A stretch of 64,000 nt of DNA from the NCBI GenBank assembly GCA_964016885.1, contig OZ024741.1, forward strand, positions 109,306,001-109,370,000. Direction: 5' to 3'. Position 1 is the first letter of the stretch; each line of letters starts with the position of its first letter. A program made the translations under genes and the position numbers. Shown here piece by piece: positions 12,413-26,060 of this stretch. The notes beneath the pieces are model-generated. The model was not told the DNA's origin. It searched no databases and worked only from the letters and a program-made list of their open reading frames with translations. The stretch is from Eledone cirrhosa (Eukaryota).

Positions 12413-12780
12413 TATTTGAATTTCGTATTTCTAAAGAAATACGGTATGTTTATAAATAAACATTTAGAAAGCCATAGATATGAATGACACTGGCAGCTAA
12501 CGCCACCAAGCGGTGCTCGGCAGAAACAAGGGGGACAATCGTCAATGCATTTCGAACTTATAGAGACGAAAAAACTATATATTTTTGCCTGTTTTCAAAG
12601 TCCGGCAGTTGCAAGGGCGGGAGAGATCGTCCTGACGAGAACCAGTTCAGATCGAAATACATCGACGATTTCCCCCTGCTCCTGTCGAGCACCGCTTGGT
12701 GGCGTTAGCTGCCAGTGTCATTAATAGCTATGGCTTTCTAAATGTTTATTTAGAAACATACCGTATTTCTTTCAAATACA
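12413..12780. mobile_element. Fold-back PLE-like fragment with an HHR
   Basis: 12432-12556 inverted at 12652-12771; HHR gatcgtc-CTGACGA-gaaccagttcagatc-GAAA-tac-ATC-gacgatt at 12625-12670 (+). Confidence 0.75.
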
Positions 12781-12847
12781 TATTTGTATACAGCTATGTT
12801 CAAATACATATTTGTATACAGCTATGTTCGAAGCTAAATTCTAATTC

Positions 12848-12897
<50 letters not shown>

Positions 12898-14048
12898 AGG
12901 ATGTGAGTTTTATTGTAGTACAACAAAGCAATGCAGATATCGGATAGGAAGCACTCTACAGTTTGTAGGACTGGAGTATAAATAATATATAAGATCAAAA
13001 GATGGTTAAAAGAGTTCCATATATTTTATTATGCGCATTTCAAAAACAAATATCATCATACAATAACATTTGCGTTTTCGTCAGATAAAATAGGGAGACA
13101 TGATATGAAGGTTAAAACACAGTTGTGAATAGTGCAATTTTAAATCAACATATGAAAAGTAGTTTAGATTGATGTGTGATATTGGGAAAAAACATTTTGA
13201 GGGGGGGGGGGGGGGGTGAAAGAGGACGAGATGAGAGTAAAAAGTGGAGGGGGAGGAGTATAATGAGTAAGGATGAGATAGGAGGAGAGATGGGTGATAG
13301 AGAGAGAGATAGCTTTTATAACTGAGAAAAAGTATATTGTTTTACATAGAGAGGTTGAAAAACCGTTGGAAGATAATATATAAATTAAAAGAATTTGAAA
13401 ATTAACGAAGAGAAAAATAATGTTAAGTTAAGGTTTGTATATTGAAGGGTTTAATAATATGTGCGATGAAAAGAAATTGTTAATATGTATTAAGAATAAT
13501 ATTTAAGGGTTTAATAATATGTGCGATGGAAAGAAATTGTTGATATGTATTATTTAAAAAAATATATATATATAAAAATATAGCAATAGTAATGTAAGTA
13601 AGGATATATTGTGAAAGAAGTAGAAGATTGGATGAATAAGTTAGATGAGCATGAAAGGGAGAAAAAAGTAATGAATTGAGGATGAATAATCTAACGTCAA
13701 AAAAAATGTTTATGTTTACGAAGGATTTTTTCAAGGTGATATAAAGTAAGAATATATTGTGCTGTGTAATAATTGTTTCTACGTTAGGCACAATGATAAT
13801 TGAGAAGTATCTAGGAAGAAAGGGTGCAGATTAGGGGTTAGAAATTAAAAGAAAAAGAAAAGAAAAGGAAAAAAGAAAGAAAGGGAAGTAATAAATAGGA
13901 GTGATATAGAATGAGTAACTAGTATTATATAATGTATAATAAATAACTTTGAAATAAGGTAGAAAGATGGGTATATTTTTAAAAAATATATATGTATATA
14001 TATATGTGCCTTTGAGAAAAGGATTTTAAATTGATAAAGTATTAGATA

Positions 14049-16506
14049 TTAGCTGTATACTTTATGGAATGTTCTGTGGAATTTATGCAAGCAGAGAGAA
14101 AACACGTCAGTGCGTCTATTTATTATAGAATCTAAATTAGATATAATGGTAAATTTTTCACTTAAACAGAGATTGCATGTCTTGGATAGAGAACTGTTCA
14201 AGCAGAAGAAACCTTTTTCCAAGAGATGTTATAGTTAATATTTTTGTCTTTCAAGGACCATATGAGTTCTGAGAGTGGTGTGTTGGTTCTTTTAAGTTGG
14301 TATTTAAAAGACGAATGATGATTATAAAGACGAGCTTTAAAGGAGGTAGAAGTGGAGCCAAAATAGGTGAAGGAATTGGTGTCAGTTATAACTTTACATT
14401 CGTAGATTAAGTTTTTTCAAGACAATGGTTGTTGAGAGGACATTTATTTTTAACAGGGCAATTGCAATTGCGATTAGAGAGATTAGCAGAGTTATTAACA
14501 AGTGACCTAGTGTTATCTATAGAAGGAATTGGACTGGAGAAGTTATTTACGATAGGAATACTAGTTTCTTGATTTAGAATGGGATTAAGAACATTTAGCG
14601 AAGTTGCGTTTGACGTTGTATTTGGGTTTGCAGAAATTAGCCTAGAGTTTACAATGACGTCGGGAGTACTATTACTATTATTATGATATTCAGTGTTGGA
14701 AGGAAGAGATTTAGTATTTAGTATTTTATTGTTGTGTTTAGAGATAATGTTGGAGATGTTGGAGGAGGTCGAATAGGAAAATGTTATAGTGTGTTTGTTA
14801 AATATTTTACTATAGATATGTGAGGGAGGGAAGCATTTATTTAAGGCACTAAAGAATAATTTAGGAATATTATTATTAATAGAGATGGAGAAAGGAGCAT
14901 TATACCAGATTATGTTTTTGTATCTAGGTCTTTTATTAAAATTATTGGAATGATCATGATTAATTATTCTACTGTAAGATCTTCTAGAATTTGTTTCTTT
15001 ACTATATTTGATTTTATCAGGATAACCGGCTTTAGAAAGCGCGTTATTATAGTAATTGGCGTTAGCATCAAAGATGTTTTTATTAGAAGATAGGTTAGAT
15101 ATTCTTTTTCCAATATTACTAACTATAGCATTCTTAATATTAGTGGGGTGGTTAGATTTAAAATTAACATAATTTAGGTTCTCATTGTTTTTATGGTAAG
15201 GGTAATATAGGCCAGTGTCAAGATTAAGAGATACATCCAAGAAATTAGCTAGTTTGATGCTGTTATCAAATTCAATTTTTAAGTTATGTTGGTTAAAGAG
15301 ATTACGTATATTGTTCTTAATAATATTAAGGTTAACTATATTGCAATTTAAGATAGTAAAGAGTCCATCGTCACGATAAGTTCCGCCACGAAATTGAGGA
15401 ATTTTCCGACTCAAAGAGTTCAAAATAAAGATACCAATTAAATCTGTTAATTGGGATGAATCGGATGCTCCCATTGTGATGTCAAAGTTGTTAGAGGTAT
15501 CAGCTCTGGTCCAATATTCATTGTTGTACTCTAGGATAGTTTTACGTGCGGTGAGAATGATGTGAAGTTCATCTGTGGTGATGTTTGAATATTTGTAAGC
15601 GAAAGATAGAGCATTGTTGAGAAGTGAGGGCGAAATAAAAGAATAGTAGCTGGCAATATCAAATTGAATAAATTTTTGTTTGTTTTTATTATTCAATTTG
15701 TTGAACCAGCCAATCACTTCAGAAGTACCAAACCATAAATTTAAGTTCAAAGAAGAGCAATTAGAACGAACCTGTGGGATAATTCTATCCAAGATGGCTT
15801 TGCTAACAACCCCCAGATCAGATTTAGAGGGGGCGATTAATCTAACAGGTAGTTCAGTACGAAAATTGTTTTTGTGATCCTTGAGATTTATCCTCGGAGT
15901 TCTTGGGAGGAATGGTTCGGTCTTTTTTCCGATGCCAAGTTTTGACATAATCTCAGAAGCTTCAAAGTTTATGGATTCTAAATTATCATGGTTGGTTTTA
16001 CGATATTTTTTCCTAAGTTCCTTTAGGATAAGGTTGTTATAGTTATCCTTGGAAATACCATATAAATTATTGGTTTTGTCAGAGTGGACTAAAACATTTT
16101 TTGAGGAATTTAGGTTTGAAATTGTGTTCTTGAGATTTACAAGGTGCTCTTGTCCTCTGTAAGGGTTTCTCTTGAATTTAAGATCTTTTATAATGTTAGT
16201 TAACTCCTCCTCGAATTGCACTAGATTTTTGTTGGAAGGAGGATTTCTTCTAGAATTAAATAAATGATCGAGGAAGTTATGTTCCTTGGTATAGAAGTTC
16301 CCTTTTAGGCGCTGGTCATAGAAATAAGCTATCCATCTAAGCCTTCTTACAAAGGAGTCAGTTTTTTCAATTAGAAGTTTGGTGAATTCAGATTTAACAG
16401 GTATAGGAATGTCTTTAGTTGAATTGGTTATGTTGTAATAATCCATGTTGTAGATGAAAAGGTAAAGGACCATCAAAATGTATCCAATATGAGAGTTAGC
16501 GCTCAA
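14049..16506 (-). pseudogene. PLE polyprotein (reverse transcriptase plus GIY-YIG endonuclease) with two frameshifts in the EN
   Basis: STKDIPIP..RRLRW, HSDKT, FDIASYY, TMGASDS, YRDDG (RT); CNCPVKNKCPL linker. After a frameshift at ~14410: LIYECKV..TYFGST..FKARLYNH..LSELIWSLK; after a second at ~14210: CNLCLSEK..INRR..CLH, stop at 14049-14051. Confidence 0.9.
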
Positions 16507-17164
16507 CCGTTAAGGAGCAAGTTAATGTAGGAGGTTGTAGTACAATAAAGCAATGCAGATATCGGATAAGAAGCACTCTACAGTTTGTAGGACTGGAGTA
16601 TACATAATATATAAGATGGTTAAAAGAGTTCCATGTATTTTATTATGTGCATTTCAAAAACAAATATCATCATGCAATAACATTTGCGTTTTCGTCAGAT
16701 AAAATAGGGAGACATGATATGAAGGTTAAAACACACTTGTGAATAGTGCAGTTTTAAATCAACATATGAAAAGTAGTTTAGATTGATGTGTGATATTGGG
16801 AAAAAAATGTGAGGGGGGGGGTGAAAAAGAGGAGGAGATGAGAGTAAAAAGTGGAGGGGGAGGAGTATAATGAGGAAGGATGAGATAGGAGGAGAGATGG
16901 GTGATAGAGAGAGAGAGATAGCTTTTATAACTGAGAAAAAATATATTGTTTTACATAGAGAGGTTGAAAAACCGTTGGAAGATAATATATAAATTAAAAG
17001 AATTTGAAAATTAACGAAGAGAAAAATAATGTTAAGTTAAGGTTTGTATATTGAAGGGTTTAATAATATGTGCAATATCACGCATCAATCTAAACTACTT
17101 TTCATATGTTGATTTAAAACTGCACTATTCACAAGTGTGTTTTAACCTTCATATCATGTCTCCC

Positions 17165-17235
17165 TATTTTATCTGACGAAAACGCAAATGTTATTGCATG
17201 ATGATATTTGTTTTTGAAATGCGCATAATAAAATA
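17165..17235 (+). ncRNA. Type I minimal hammerhead ribozyme (inverted pseudo-LTR copy)
   Basis: tattttat-CTGACGA-aaacgcaaatg...tatttgttttt-GAAA-tgcgca-TA-ataaaata (8-bp stem I); element-sense copies on - strand at ~13023-13092 and ~16636-16706. Confidence 0.88.
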
Positions 17236-17265
17236 CATGGAACTCTTTTAACCATCTTTTGATCT

Positions 17266-17309
<44 letters not shown>

Positions 17310-17591
17310 GATGTATGTATGTGTATGGATGGATGAATATTTAACTAGGTAACAGCCTGTCATTCAAGTATGTTATATTGAAAACATAATTGTGCTCTCT
17401 TTATTAGATGGGACATTTAGGGCTTAAAATCTATAATTCTGTTAACGTTTCGAAAGGTTGAAAACAATTTAATATATTACGAAAAGAAATTATAAATCTC
17501 GAAAACATTCACTTCCATAACATTCAAAGTTAGACTTGTCAAATCATAATGAAGTTTTTTATGGTCGAAAATTCCGACTCACTGCTTATAC

Positions 17592-17895
17592 CAGGAGTCT
17601 CAAACAGGTTGACAGTAAACTACATTTCTATGGCCCGCACCAGAACAGTTTTTGTGATTAATGAAGGAATATTTCAAATGGACAATTTGTCCCCTAACAT
17701 TTTGTACTAATTCACATAACCCACTATCATATGCGTATTCTTTTAGTGGGAAAAAAAAACATAAATAGATTAGCATTATAATTGGTGGAAATAACGTCCC
17801 TCACTCCACCTCATATCATTTTTGGCCCGCTGTGCTTCTACTTCAGTACTTCAAGACGTAATGGCCCTTTTGTATCCTTGAATTTGAGGCCCCTG
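17592..17895. mobile_element. hAT (Charlie-like) MITE
   Basis: TIRs caggagtctcaaa / tttgaggcccctg; imperfect 8-bp TSD gcttatac/gtttatac. Confidence 0.75.
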
Positions 17896-18286
17896 GTTTA
17901 TACACTTTTTATGTGTATTGCGTGCTCGGTCAGTTAATGTTTGACCGTTTATATATAACATATCCATTAATATATGTATAGAAATGATGGGCTTCCGCAT
18001 ATATTCCGTCAACAAAATTCCACCAATCACTAACAATTCATTCGATCGTGGTTATAGTAAAAGAATACTAGGATAAATGACATTTGGCTAATCTATTACT
18101 GTGCAGTCGGATCGGCTCGGGGGTTGGGGAGTGCTTTGAGCTTCTTAATCACACAACTGCATCTGCACAAAATCATCTTCTGGGGCACTTGTCATTATCA
18201 AAAACAAATATCAACGTAAGTATCTAGGTGGACGGAGGTAGTAAAGATACCTGTTAGATAGCTAGGTAGATACATACATATATATA

Positions 18287-18363
18287 CAGGGTGTCCTCAA
18301 ACAATGTATACACATATTTATTAGAATGCTGTTGAAGTATGTATACATTTTTGGGACACCCTG
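18287..18363. mobile_element. Tiny Tc1/mariner-type MITE
   Basis: ta|cagggtgtcc..aatgtatac ... gtatacatt..ggacaccctg|ta; TA TSD. Confidence 0.75.
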
Positions 18364-18506
18364 TATATGTATATATATATATATATATAGGTGGTGGGGA
18401 GGATTCACTTATGACTATCGATTGCCTGGCCCCGTAAACAAAACGCTTAGAAAATACCGTTATATATAATACAGAGAAAGAGAGCGTGGGGCGAGAGAGG
18501 GTAGAT

Positions 18507-18602
<96 letters not shown>

Positions 18603-18952
18603 ATTTCAGTTTCTACCCTTTGTTTTCTATAAGCTGTTTCCCTGTGACCACAAGATAGATGTGTTTTTCAAAATGTGTCAAAATTTTCAAATGAACAGGT
18701 TTTCTTACGTAACAATACATCAGGTGTAATTCTAAAGTAACATGGGAAACATGACATCAATGTATTCCCAGCAAGACAAAGCAAAATTAATATAAACTCA
18801 TCTAAACAACTAACTAACCAAAACAATGTACACATACAAACACGCATACAAAGAGATACACATAAAAACATAAACACACAGATCCACACATACATGGGCA
18901 TATATATGTAGGGGTGTGTGCGTGAGTTTACATTTGTATGTGCGTGTGTATG

Positions 18953-19003
<51 letters not shown>

Positions 19004-19479
19004 ATATATAAATAAATATGTGTGCGGGCGTGTATGTGTGAGTGTGCGTATATATATATATATACGCACACACACGTACATATATATGTACGTATATATA
19101 TATATATATATATATATACATTTATATACACACATATATATAAATATATATACATATATACCTATATATGTGTGTGTGTGTGTGTGTATGTCTGTCTGTG
19201 TGTGTGTGGGGGGGGGGTTATGTATATATATATATCTGTATATAGACAGCCTTATAACATAACAAACATCGCAATTTCTGGAAACTATGTAATGCTCCAG
19301 GACATCACTATAAAGATTCTTAATTAAAAACAACCTTTTCTTTTCTTTGGATATAACTTACTTTCATTTATCTGGCTTTTTTTTTTGTCTCTCTATCATA
19401 TCATCTTATCGTCGTTCTTGTATTTTTGAGTTGTATTTGTTGATGTTGATGTTGTCGTTGTTGTTAACCATTTGAACGT

Positions 19480-19940
19480 CAGGCGAAATGCTATGCAATA
19501 TATATATATTTAGGCTCTTTATATTCTGAGTTCAAATGCCGCCGACATCAGCATTGCTTTTCATCCATCCACTTGTCGATAAAATAAAGTTTCAGTGTAT
19601 CACTGGTGTTCATTTAATCGTCTTTACCAGCAAAGTGCAGTCCCCCATTGTTTGGGATCAGTTCTTTTATTTGTCATTGTTATGTATATTTTTACAACTT
19701 CTATTATTGTTATTCCTGCTGGACGATGAATTCGCAGTATCGTAGAGAGTCGGACGCCATGCTTTGCAGCATAGAGTTACGGCCCTTTATGATCTGAGTT
19801 CAAATCCCGCCGAGGTTAACTTTGCCTTTCATCCTCACGGGGTCGATAAAATGAAGTACCAGTCACGCCCTGGGGTCAATTTAATCGACTTTCCCCCTCC
19901 TCCACATCTGCTGGCCTTGTGCCTATATAAGAAACCATTA
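19480..19940 (+). mobile_element. Two SINE copies (same tRNA-derived family)
   Basis: tgagttcaaatgccgccg at ~19527 and tgagttcaaatcccgccgagg at ~19795, each followed by the conserved gtcgataaaat..gtac body. Confidence 0.8.
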
Positions 19941-20119
19941 GTTATTCCTGCTGTTTTCTCTCCGGTGGTGTTCTCTTTCCTTTATTTGATGTAAACCTCA
20001 CTCTTTGTTGGTTTTTGCCCTTGTGTTGTTCCCAATGTCTTGAGCCCTTGTGGCCAATAAAAGAAATCATCATCATCATCATAATCATCATCATCTCTAT
20101 TATTGTTATTATGAATTTA

Positions 20120-20880
20120 AAACTAAACATAATCGTAAACTTATCATAAACATAGCTCTAACAACAAAACTAACCTTTACTGTAACAATGATCTTAACTG
20201 GAAAGCTAATCATAGATATAACGTAAATGCTAATCCAAACATTAAATATTATACCAACCCTAATCCTAACTCTAACTCTATCCCTAAACCTAAAACGAAC
20301 CCTAACGCTAAACCGAAGGCTAATCCTAAACCCAGCCTTAAATATGTCCCTAAACCTTATCATTAAGCTAAGTCTAATACTCAACTTAACTCTATATATC
20401 CTAACCCTCACTCTAACCTTATCTCTAATCTTAACTCTAAACCAGGCATGGGCAACCTTTTTCCAGAAGCGGGCTGTATGATTTAGGGCTCATCATCAGG
20501 CGGGTCGAAAGCGCTAATTTACATTCGTACCCACATTAAAAGAAAGGGCGGTAACTCAGGTTGTTTTGATTTGTTCCTTCAGAATTCGTACACGTTATTT
20601 TTCCTCGATCGTAAAAATGATAGAAAGATAAATTACGACTGAAAAGATGGGGTTAAAAAATCAGAAAGATTTCGCTTAGGTGACTTAGACGAGCCATTCA
20701 GAAAGCTTCGCGGGCTGCAGGTTGCCTATGACTGCTCTAAACCTAAGCCTTACAGGAATACTAACCATAGCCATAATCTTAGCCTATAACCCTACACTTT
20801 ACTGTAACAGGAACCCTAACCTTGATTTCAACCCGAACTCTAAACTTAACCCTAATAATAAATGTAAAGCTAAAACTGAC
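20120..20880 (+). repeat. Degenerate hexamer (CCCTAA-like) tandem repeat
   Basis: Repeated ccctaa/ctctaa/cctaaa variants with 6-bp period; interrupted by the hAT MITE. Confidence 0.7.
20443..20734. mobile_element. hAT (Charlie-like) MITE
   Basis: TIRs caggcatgggcaacc / ggttgcctatgactg; perfect 8-bp TSD ctctaaac. Confidence 0.88.
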
Positions 20881-21114
20881 TTCAACACAGTTGATGTCGA
20901 AAAGACAATTTCAGAGCTATGAAAGAGAAACTGAATAAACGACGTATAAATTTATTAAACTAAAGAAAAAATATGATAAAAACCTTTCAATATAAATGGT
21001 AATAAGGAATCGAAAAAGGAAGAGAGTTAAAAGAAGACAAAGAAAAAGAAAAGAATAACGAAAAAAAGATAAAGTGGGTAGAAGTGACGAACTCTACACC
21101 TCTTTTTGAACAGC

Positions 21115-21330
21115 ATATTTCAACTGCGCCCCGCGGAGAAAATGGCCAAGGTATTGCCGTAGAGAATGGCCAGCAACACTCGCTACAACAGCTACCCCAC
21201 CTCACGAGGTTCCTTCCGCAGACGAGCTGCAATCCTCTTCATTTTATGGAAGAAATCAGCAGTTCAGGGATCGAAGATACCTAATGTTTCGACAGCGACC
21301 GGCGCGAAAAGATAAGTAGATCGATAGATG
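21115..21330 (-). mobile_element. CRE-like non-LTR retrotransposon 3' fragment (end of RLE domain)
   Basis: Minus-strand translation YLFAPVAVETLGIFDP*...KEPREVG*LL*RVLLAILYGNTLAI resembles the P.AVETLG...QRLS.A..RGNA motif. Confidence 0.65.
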
Positions 21331-21679
21331 ACAAACCGACCTGCATTCGATAATGTCATACGACCACAGTCGATTGAGATGAGATTACCTTTCGACAATT
21401 ATTCTAGCGGATGTAACTTCAAATGCTTGAACTTCTTAGCTCCCTCATTTTACTATTTTTCTCAAATTACTGTCAGTTGATAGTTATAGCCCGTTATTTC
21501 CAATTCCTTTTTCTCGGGGAAGCTCATCATTTAAAATTGAAGTTATTTTAGATTAATTTATATATGCAATGTTACGCATAAATATTCATTAGTTAATAAA
21601 TTTCGTTGTCAAACGAAAGCACATCATACAAATTAAACTCCCCATTTCAGTTACATTCTGGCTTGTGGTCGATATAAAT

Positions 21680-21874
21680 CAGACCTGCCAACCTCTAAAA
21701 ACCCAAATAGGGAGTACCATGAAAGAAAGTGCACCAAAACGGGGAGAAATGAAGGAAAATGGGGAGATTTTACAGAATGAAAGCTATACCCATTTTCACA
21801 AGAAAAGACATCTTTCACCCACCCCAAAGTGAGTGGGAGATATTCCCGTCGGACGAGGAGAGTTGACAGGTCTG
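21680..21874. mobile_element. MITE (hAT/Tip100-like TIRs)
   Basis: TIRs cagacctgccaac / gttgacaggtctg. Confidence 0.7.
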
Positions 21875-22498
21875 ACATATATTGTTAGCTATATTATCTT
21901 TTTATTAGGTGGATCAAGAGGGAACCTTCTCTCCTATTGAAGAACAAATTAATGTTAAACACTTAAGAGCAATCTCATGTATTTTTGTTGTTATTTTTTC
22001 TGTCGACGAAGAGAATAACAAAATGTGTTTGCATTTGTTTCTTTTTCAGCGCGAGGTTTATAATTTTAAACTGTAGTTCGGTATACATTAATTTTATATA
22101 TACTTTGAATATGGATATATATTTGTATACACAAATACACAAACACACATACAAACATGCACAAATGGCTGACTAAATAGACAAAAGCTTTATTTCGAGA
22201 ATTTTTTTTTCTGTTCTTTCCTCTACTTGCTCTTGTCCAACTTACTATTTCTTCTTTTAACTTTCATTCCATCTTTTGATGAAAGACTAACATCTAAAAC
22301 ATTGCCATTCTTTACCTAATATATCAAGCGTTAAACTAATATATATGTTCATTGTACTGTTTCGTTCTGCGGTATTGATTTTCTTTCATTCTTCGCTTTC
22401 ATACACACACATATATATATATATATATGACGGAATGAATTCTGTGAGAGAACATCGTTTTTTCTCCCTCATATCAAGAATTTGAAGACAATTCATTT

Positions 22499-22572
22499 TC
22501 ACCTGATGAGATCAGTGATAATCGATCATGGCTTCACAATCGATCTATCTCTTATTGAAACATGTGTCGTGA
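22499..22572 (+). ncRNA. Type I hammerhead ribozyme-like motif in a TA-flanked ~190-bp insert
   Basis: tcac-CTGATGA-...-GAAA-catgtg-TC-gtga; stem II imperfect. Confidence 0.6.
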
Positions 22573-22636
22573 TTAAATGATTGGAATTTTACCTTGCCTT
22601 CGGATTTTCATTTTGATATATATATATATATATATT

Positions 22637-22705
22637 AGTTTCAGAAGATCCCGTTAAGGGTGAAAGCAGCGATTCTTTGCTTAAACTTTAATCTGTTATT
22701 TTAAT
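22637..22705 (+). ncRNA. Second copy of the CAGAAGA-core HHR family
   Basis: Identical to positions ~26-95; bounded by (TA)n. Confidence 0.6.
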
Positions 22706-22711
22706 AAATAA

Positions 22712-22788
<77 letters not shown>

Positions 22789-24401
22789 AAGAGAGGGGGG
22801 GGGGGGTAGTGATAGACAGACAGAACCATTTAAATGGATAAGGTAGACGACATAAAGTAGATTGAGGTCAAAGTGATTGGCGAACTCTATAGAAAAGAAC
22901 GAAAACAAAAACAACCAAAGATAGATTAGAATCAGAACAATATCGATCTTAATTGATTATTTCATAAAGTAAATGCACAGACTTTTCGAAGAATTTCTGT
23001 CTTCTGTGTAAAAATATAGTTAAGAAAGCGTAGAAGAAAAAATACTTGTAGTAAATATGGAATTGTTTCAGACTGTATAGAACTTAAAACGAAAGACTTT
23101 TCTGCTACGTTGTGCTTCCTCCCTTTGTATATATGGAGCCGTAACACCCGGTGCAGTCATAGGGGCGCTGCAATGACATATTGCATTTCCTGAGGATTCT
23201 TTCAATCTAACAGTGCCTATCTCCTCTCCATGTCTGAATACAGACGATTTCTTCCGGAGAAGGAGAAAGTGGGATAGAGAGAAGTAAGAAAGAGATATAG
23301 AGGATGAAACTCACCTCGGCGGAACTTGTACTCAGAGTGCAGAGAACCGGAACTGATACCATAAATCATTCTATTCGACGTTCTACTAACTCTGCCACTT
23401 AACCGCCATTCTCTTCGCTTATATAACATCTATTCCATAATTCTTTGAATTGTATTATTTGGTGCTGGTTGTGTATAGAGACAATAACTGAGGTGGTGGT
23501 CAACTAGGAGGACATTGGGTCAATTAACATAGACCTATAATTCTAAGGAATACTTAAAAAGTAGTTTGAAATGGGGCCTAGCCTTGTTCTGGACATATTA
23601 TCAGCTTTGCACAGGTCTGTGCATATAGTATGTTCTATATATGTATGTTATGCTGTGTTATTGGGTGACAGTCGTGTAGAAAATTAGTTGTATTAATTGT
23701 TGTATTTGTTCGTTAGATAAAATACAACGGTAATCGATTATCAATGTTTTAGTCAGATATTACAGGGTAGCCTCTATAGCATTAGTGCCGACACACACTA
23801 ATAAATAACTTAATAATGAGATGTTCTACTCCCTGCTGAAGCAAGGTGAAGAACATCAAGATATGTATATGTCACTGCTTCAGAGGTCTGCTCCGAATAC
23901 TAATTCCAGAGTAGACACGAAAAAAAGAACAAAAGTCAGCCAGCTGATGTTGTTAAACAGCAGTATAGTGTAGTGTGTTGTAGTTGTTAAACTTTAGTAT
24001 AATGTACTGTAATGGACTGTAGTTGTTAAATATTAGCATGTGTTAAGTGTAATTCTGCCTTAAGATTGGAGCGTTATAAAATTCTTGCTTCAACTATAAT
24101 TTGAACAGGGATATTAGAAAGTGCTGATCATTCGACAATAAATAAAGGTAGAATTGAAGCTGAATGGAAGCTATCATTGTAGTGGGTATTAAACTTATTT
24201 AATCGTTTGAACCATTGCACAATGTTACAAAATTCGCGAAACTCAAAACTGTACTATACGGACAATCCTCACCAACCTGTTTTTAATAGGATACTAGACC
24301 ACGTTCACTTAAAAATATATTTTTTAAATCGTGTTCACTTGAAAATAATTTTTGAATAGTACACAAACATGTATATAATTTAAAATGAAATTGGAAGGCC
24401 C

Positions 24402-24565
<164 letters not shown>

Positions 24566-25009
24566 GTGTATATATGTGTTTGTATATTTATATATATATA
24601 CTTATATGTATATGGGTGTATGTAACCTATATACACTGATCACAGACACACAGACATATTACACACACACACACACACATATGTATATATGTATATATAT
24701 ATATATACACACACGCATATGCACACACACTTAGAAACCCTTCCTATTTAGCAGAAAATATTCGCTACTCTCTTTTTCTCTCTATCTTTCTGTCTCTCTG
24801 AAGGTACCCGGAAAAACACCGCATCTCGGAAAACCCGTGCTCCGATTTACGCGAAACTTGTTTTATTCCTTTTGTATTCCCATTTCAGGGTCAACTTCCT
24901 TTCAAAGTATTTTCCCATTATGCGCCGTTTTGGCTGTATTGAATTACAGACAAGCACACAATTACAGAGTTCTAGTAGTATATAGTTAGATTACATGAAC
25001 AAATTATTA

Positions 25010-25500
25010 TACGAACAGAATTCTTCAATACAAGCTGATCACCATCAAGTAAGAATTGGGAGCTGTCAGCGAGAAACTTCGATACCAGAAGATGGTGGCT
25101 GAAAGAAAAATAATTAATAAAATATTCATATAAAAAAAGAACATAATTGACGTTTATTAAATTTTATTTAAAATGGCTTATATCGCGGCACCTCAGACGT
25201 TATTGTACAACCTTGTTGTTCCTACAAGCCAACTTTTGGAAACTGACGAAAAATACGCAAACAAGACTTCCACCGACTATCATCTGTGACCTGTGTGAAC
25301 AATTTTTCTTTGCAAAAATCAACTTTGATAGCTACAAGATGTACCGTCGTGGATGAGAAAATTTAAAAGAAGGAAACGAAGGAGAATTGACAATGACATT
25401 CGAAAATACTGTTCAAGTGGACAGAATAAAAAACTAACATTGTTGCTTGATACTGAGAGCGGAGCCTCTCTTGCAGGAATATTCTTTCACTACTTTCATT
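25010..25500 (+). mobile_element. Degenerate R4/Dong-like LINE fragment
   Basis: 25018-25120 is similar to 34190-34293 (tcttcaata(c/t)aagctgatcacc...ctgtcagcgagaaact...gaaagaaaaataattaataa). Confidence 0.6.
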
Positions 25501-25854
25501 AACATATATATAGGTGGTTAAATAGATGTGAAGGTAGGTATTAAGAGGGGAGTATGTAGGTACTTTTAGGACGGAGTTGGTTAAGTAGTTATGTAGATAG
25601 GTAGATAAGTATGTATGCATGTATGTAGATATGTACGTAGGTGGGTAGGCAGGTAGGTAGATTAGTTGGTGGGTTTGTATGTAGGTGGGTATGTAGGTTG
25701 TTCGCTGGGTAGGTAGGTAAGTGCATGTGTAAGTAGGTGAGTAGGTAGGTAGGTAGGTAGATAGATAGGTAAGTGAACAATTAAGAATGTAATGAAGTAA
25801 GTAGGGTTGACCTCTGTATAACGTAAAAAGTAATGTTAACCTATCTAGAGGGTT

Positions 25855-26060
25855 AGCCTAATGAAAGAATTGGTAGAGCGTTGGATAAAATGCCATTGCG
25901 ATATTTAATATCAGCACAAAACCCGCCGAAATCATTTTTGCCTTCCATCCTTTCAAGTCGATAAAACAAAGTAACAGTCATGTATTGGTGTTGATTTAAT
26001 CAACTTTACTGTTCCCAAAATGTTTGCTAGCCTTGTTCATGACTTAGATATGAATATTAC
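25855..26060 (+). mobile_element. Diverged SINE
   Basis: gaattggtagagcgttggata...gccttccatcctttcaagtcgataaaacaaagtaacag. Confidence 0.7.

Larger units (their letters stand above)
12895..17270 (-). mobile_element. Near-full-length Penelope-like retroelement (C-terminal EN; most like the Hydra clade) with pseudo-LTRs and a 5' inversion
   Basis: Direct repeats 12895-13466 and 16527-17075; inverted pseudo-LTR segment 17076-17270; RT-EN ORF between them; HHRs in each repeat; both ends abut (TA)n or (TA)n(TG)n. Confidence 0.92.

Noticed and set aside
14198-14200. In-frame TGA in the PLE endonuclease region as possible selenocysteine
   Set aside because: It is not at a conserved Cys, and the conserved CNLC motif continues in another frame, so a frameshift explains it.
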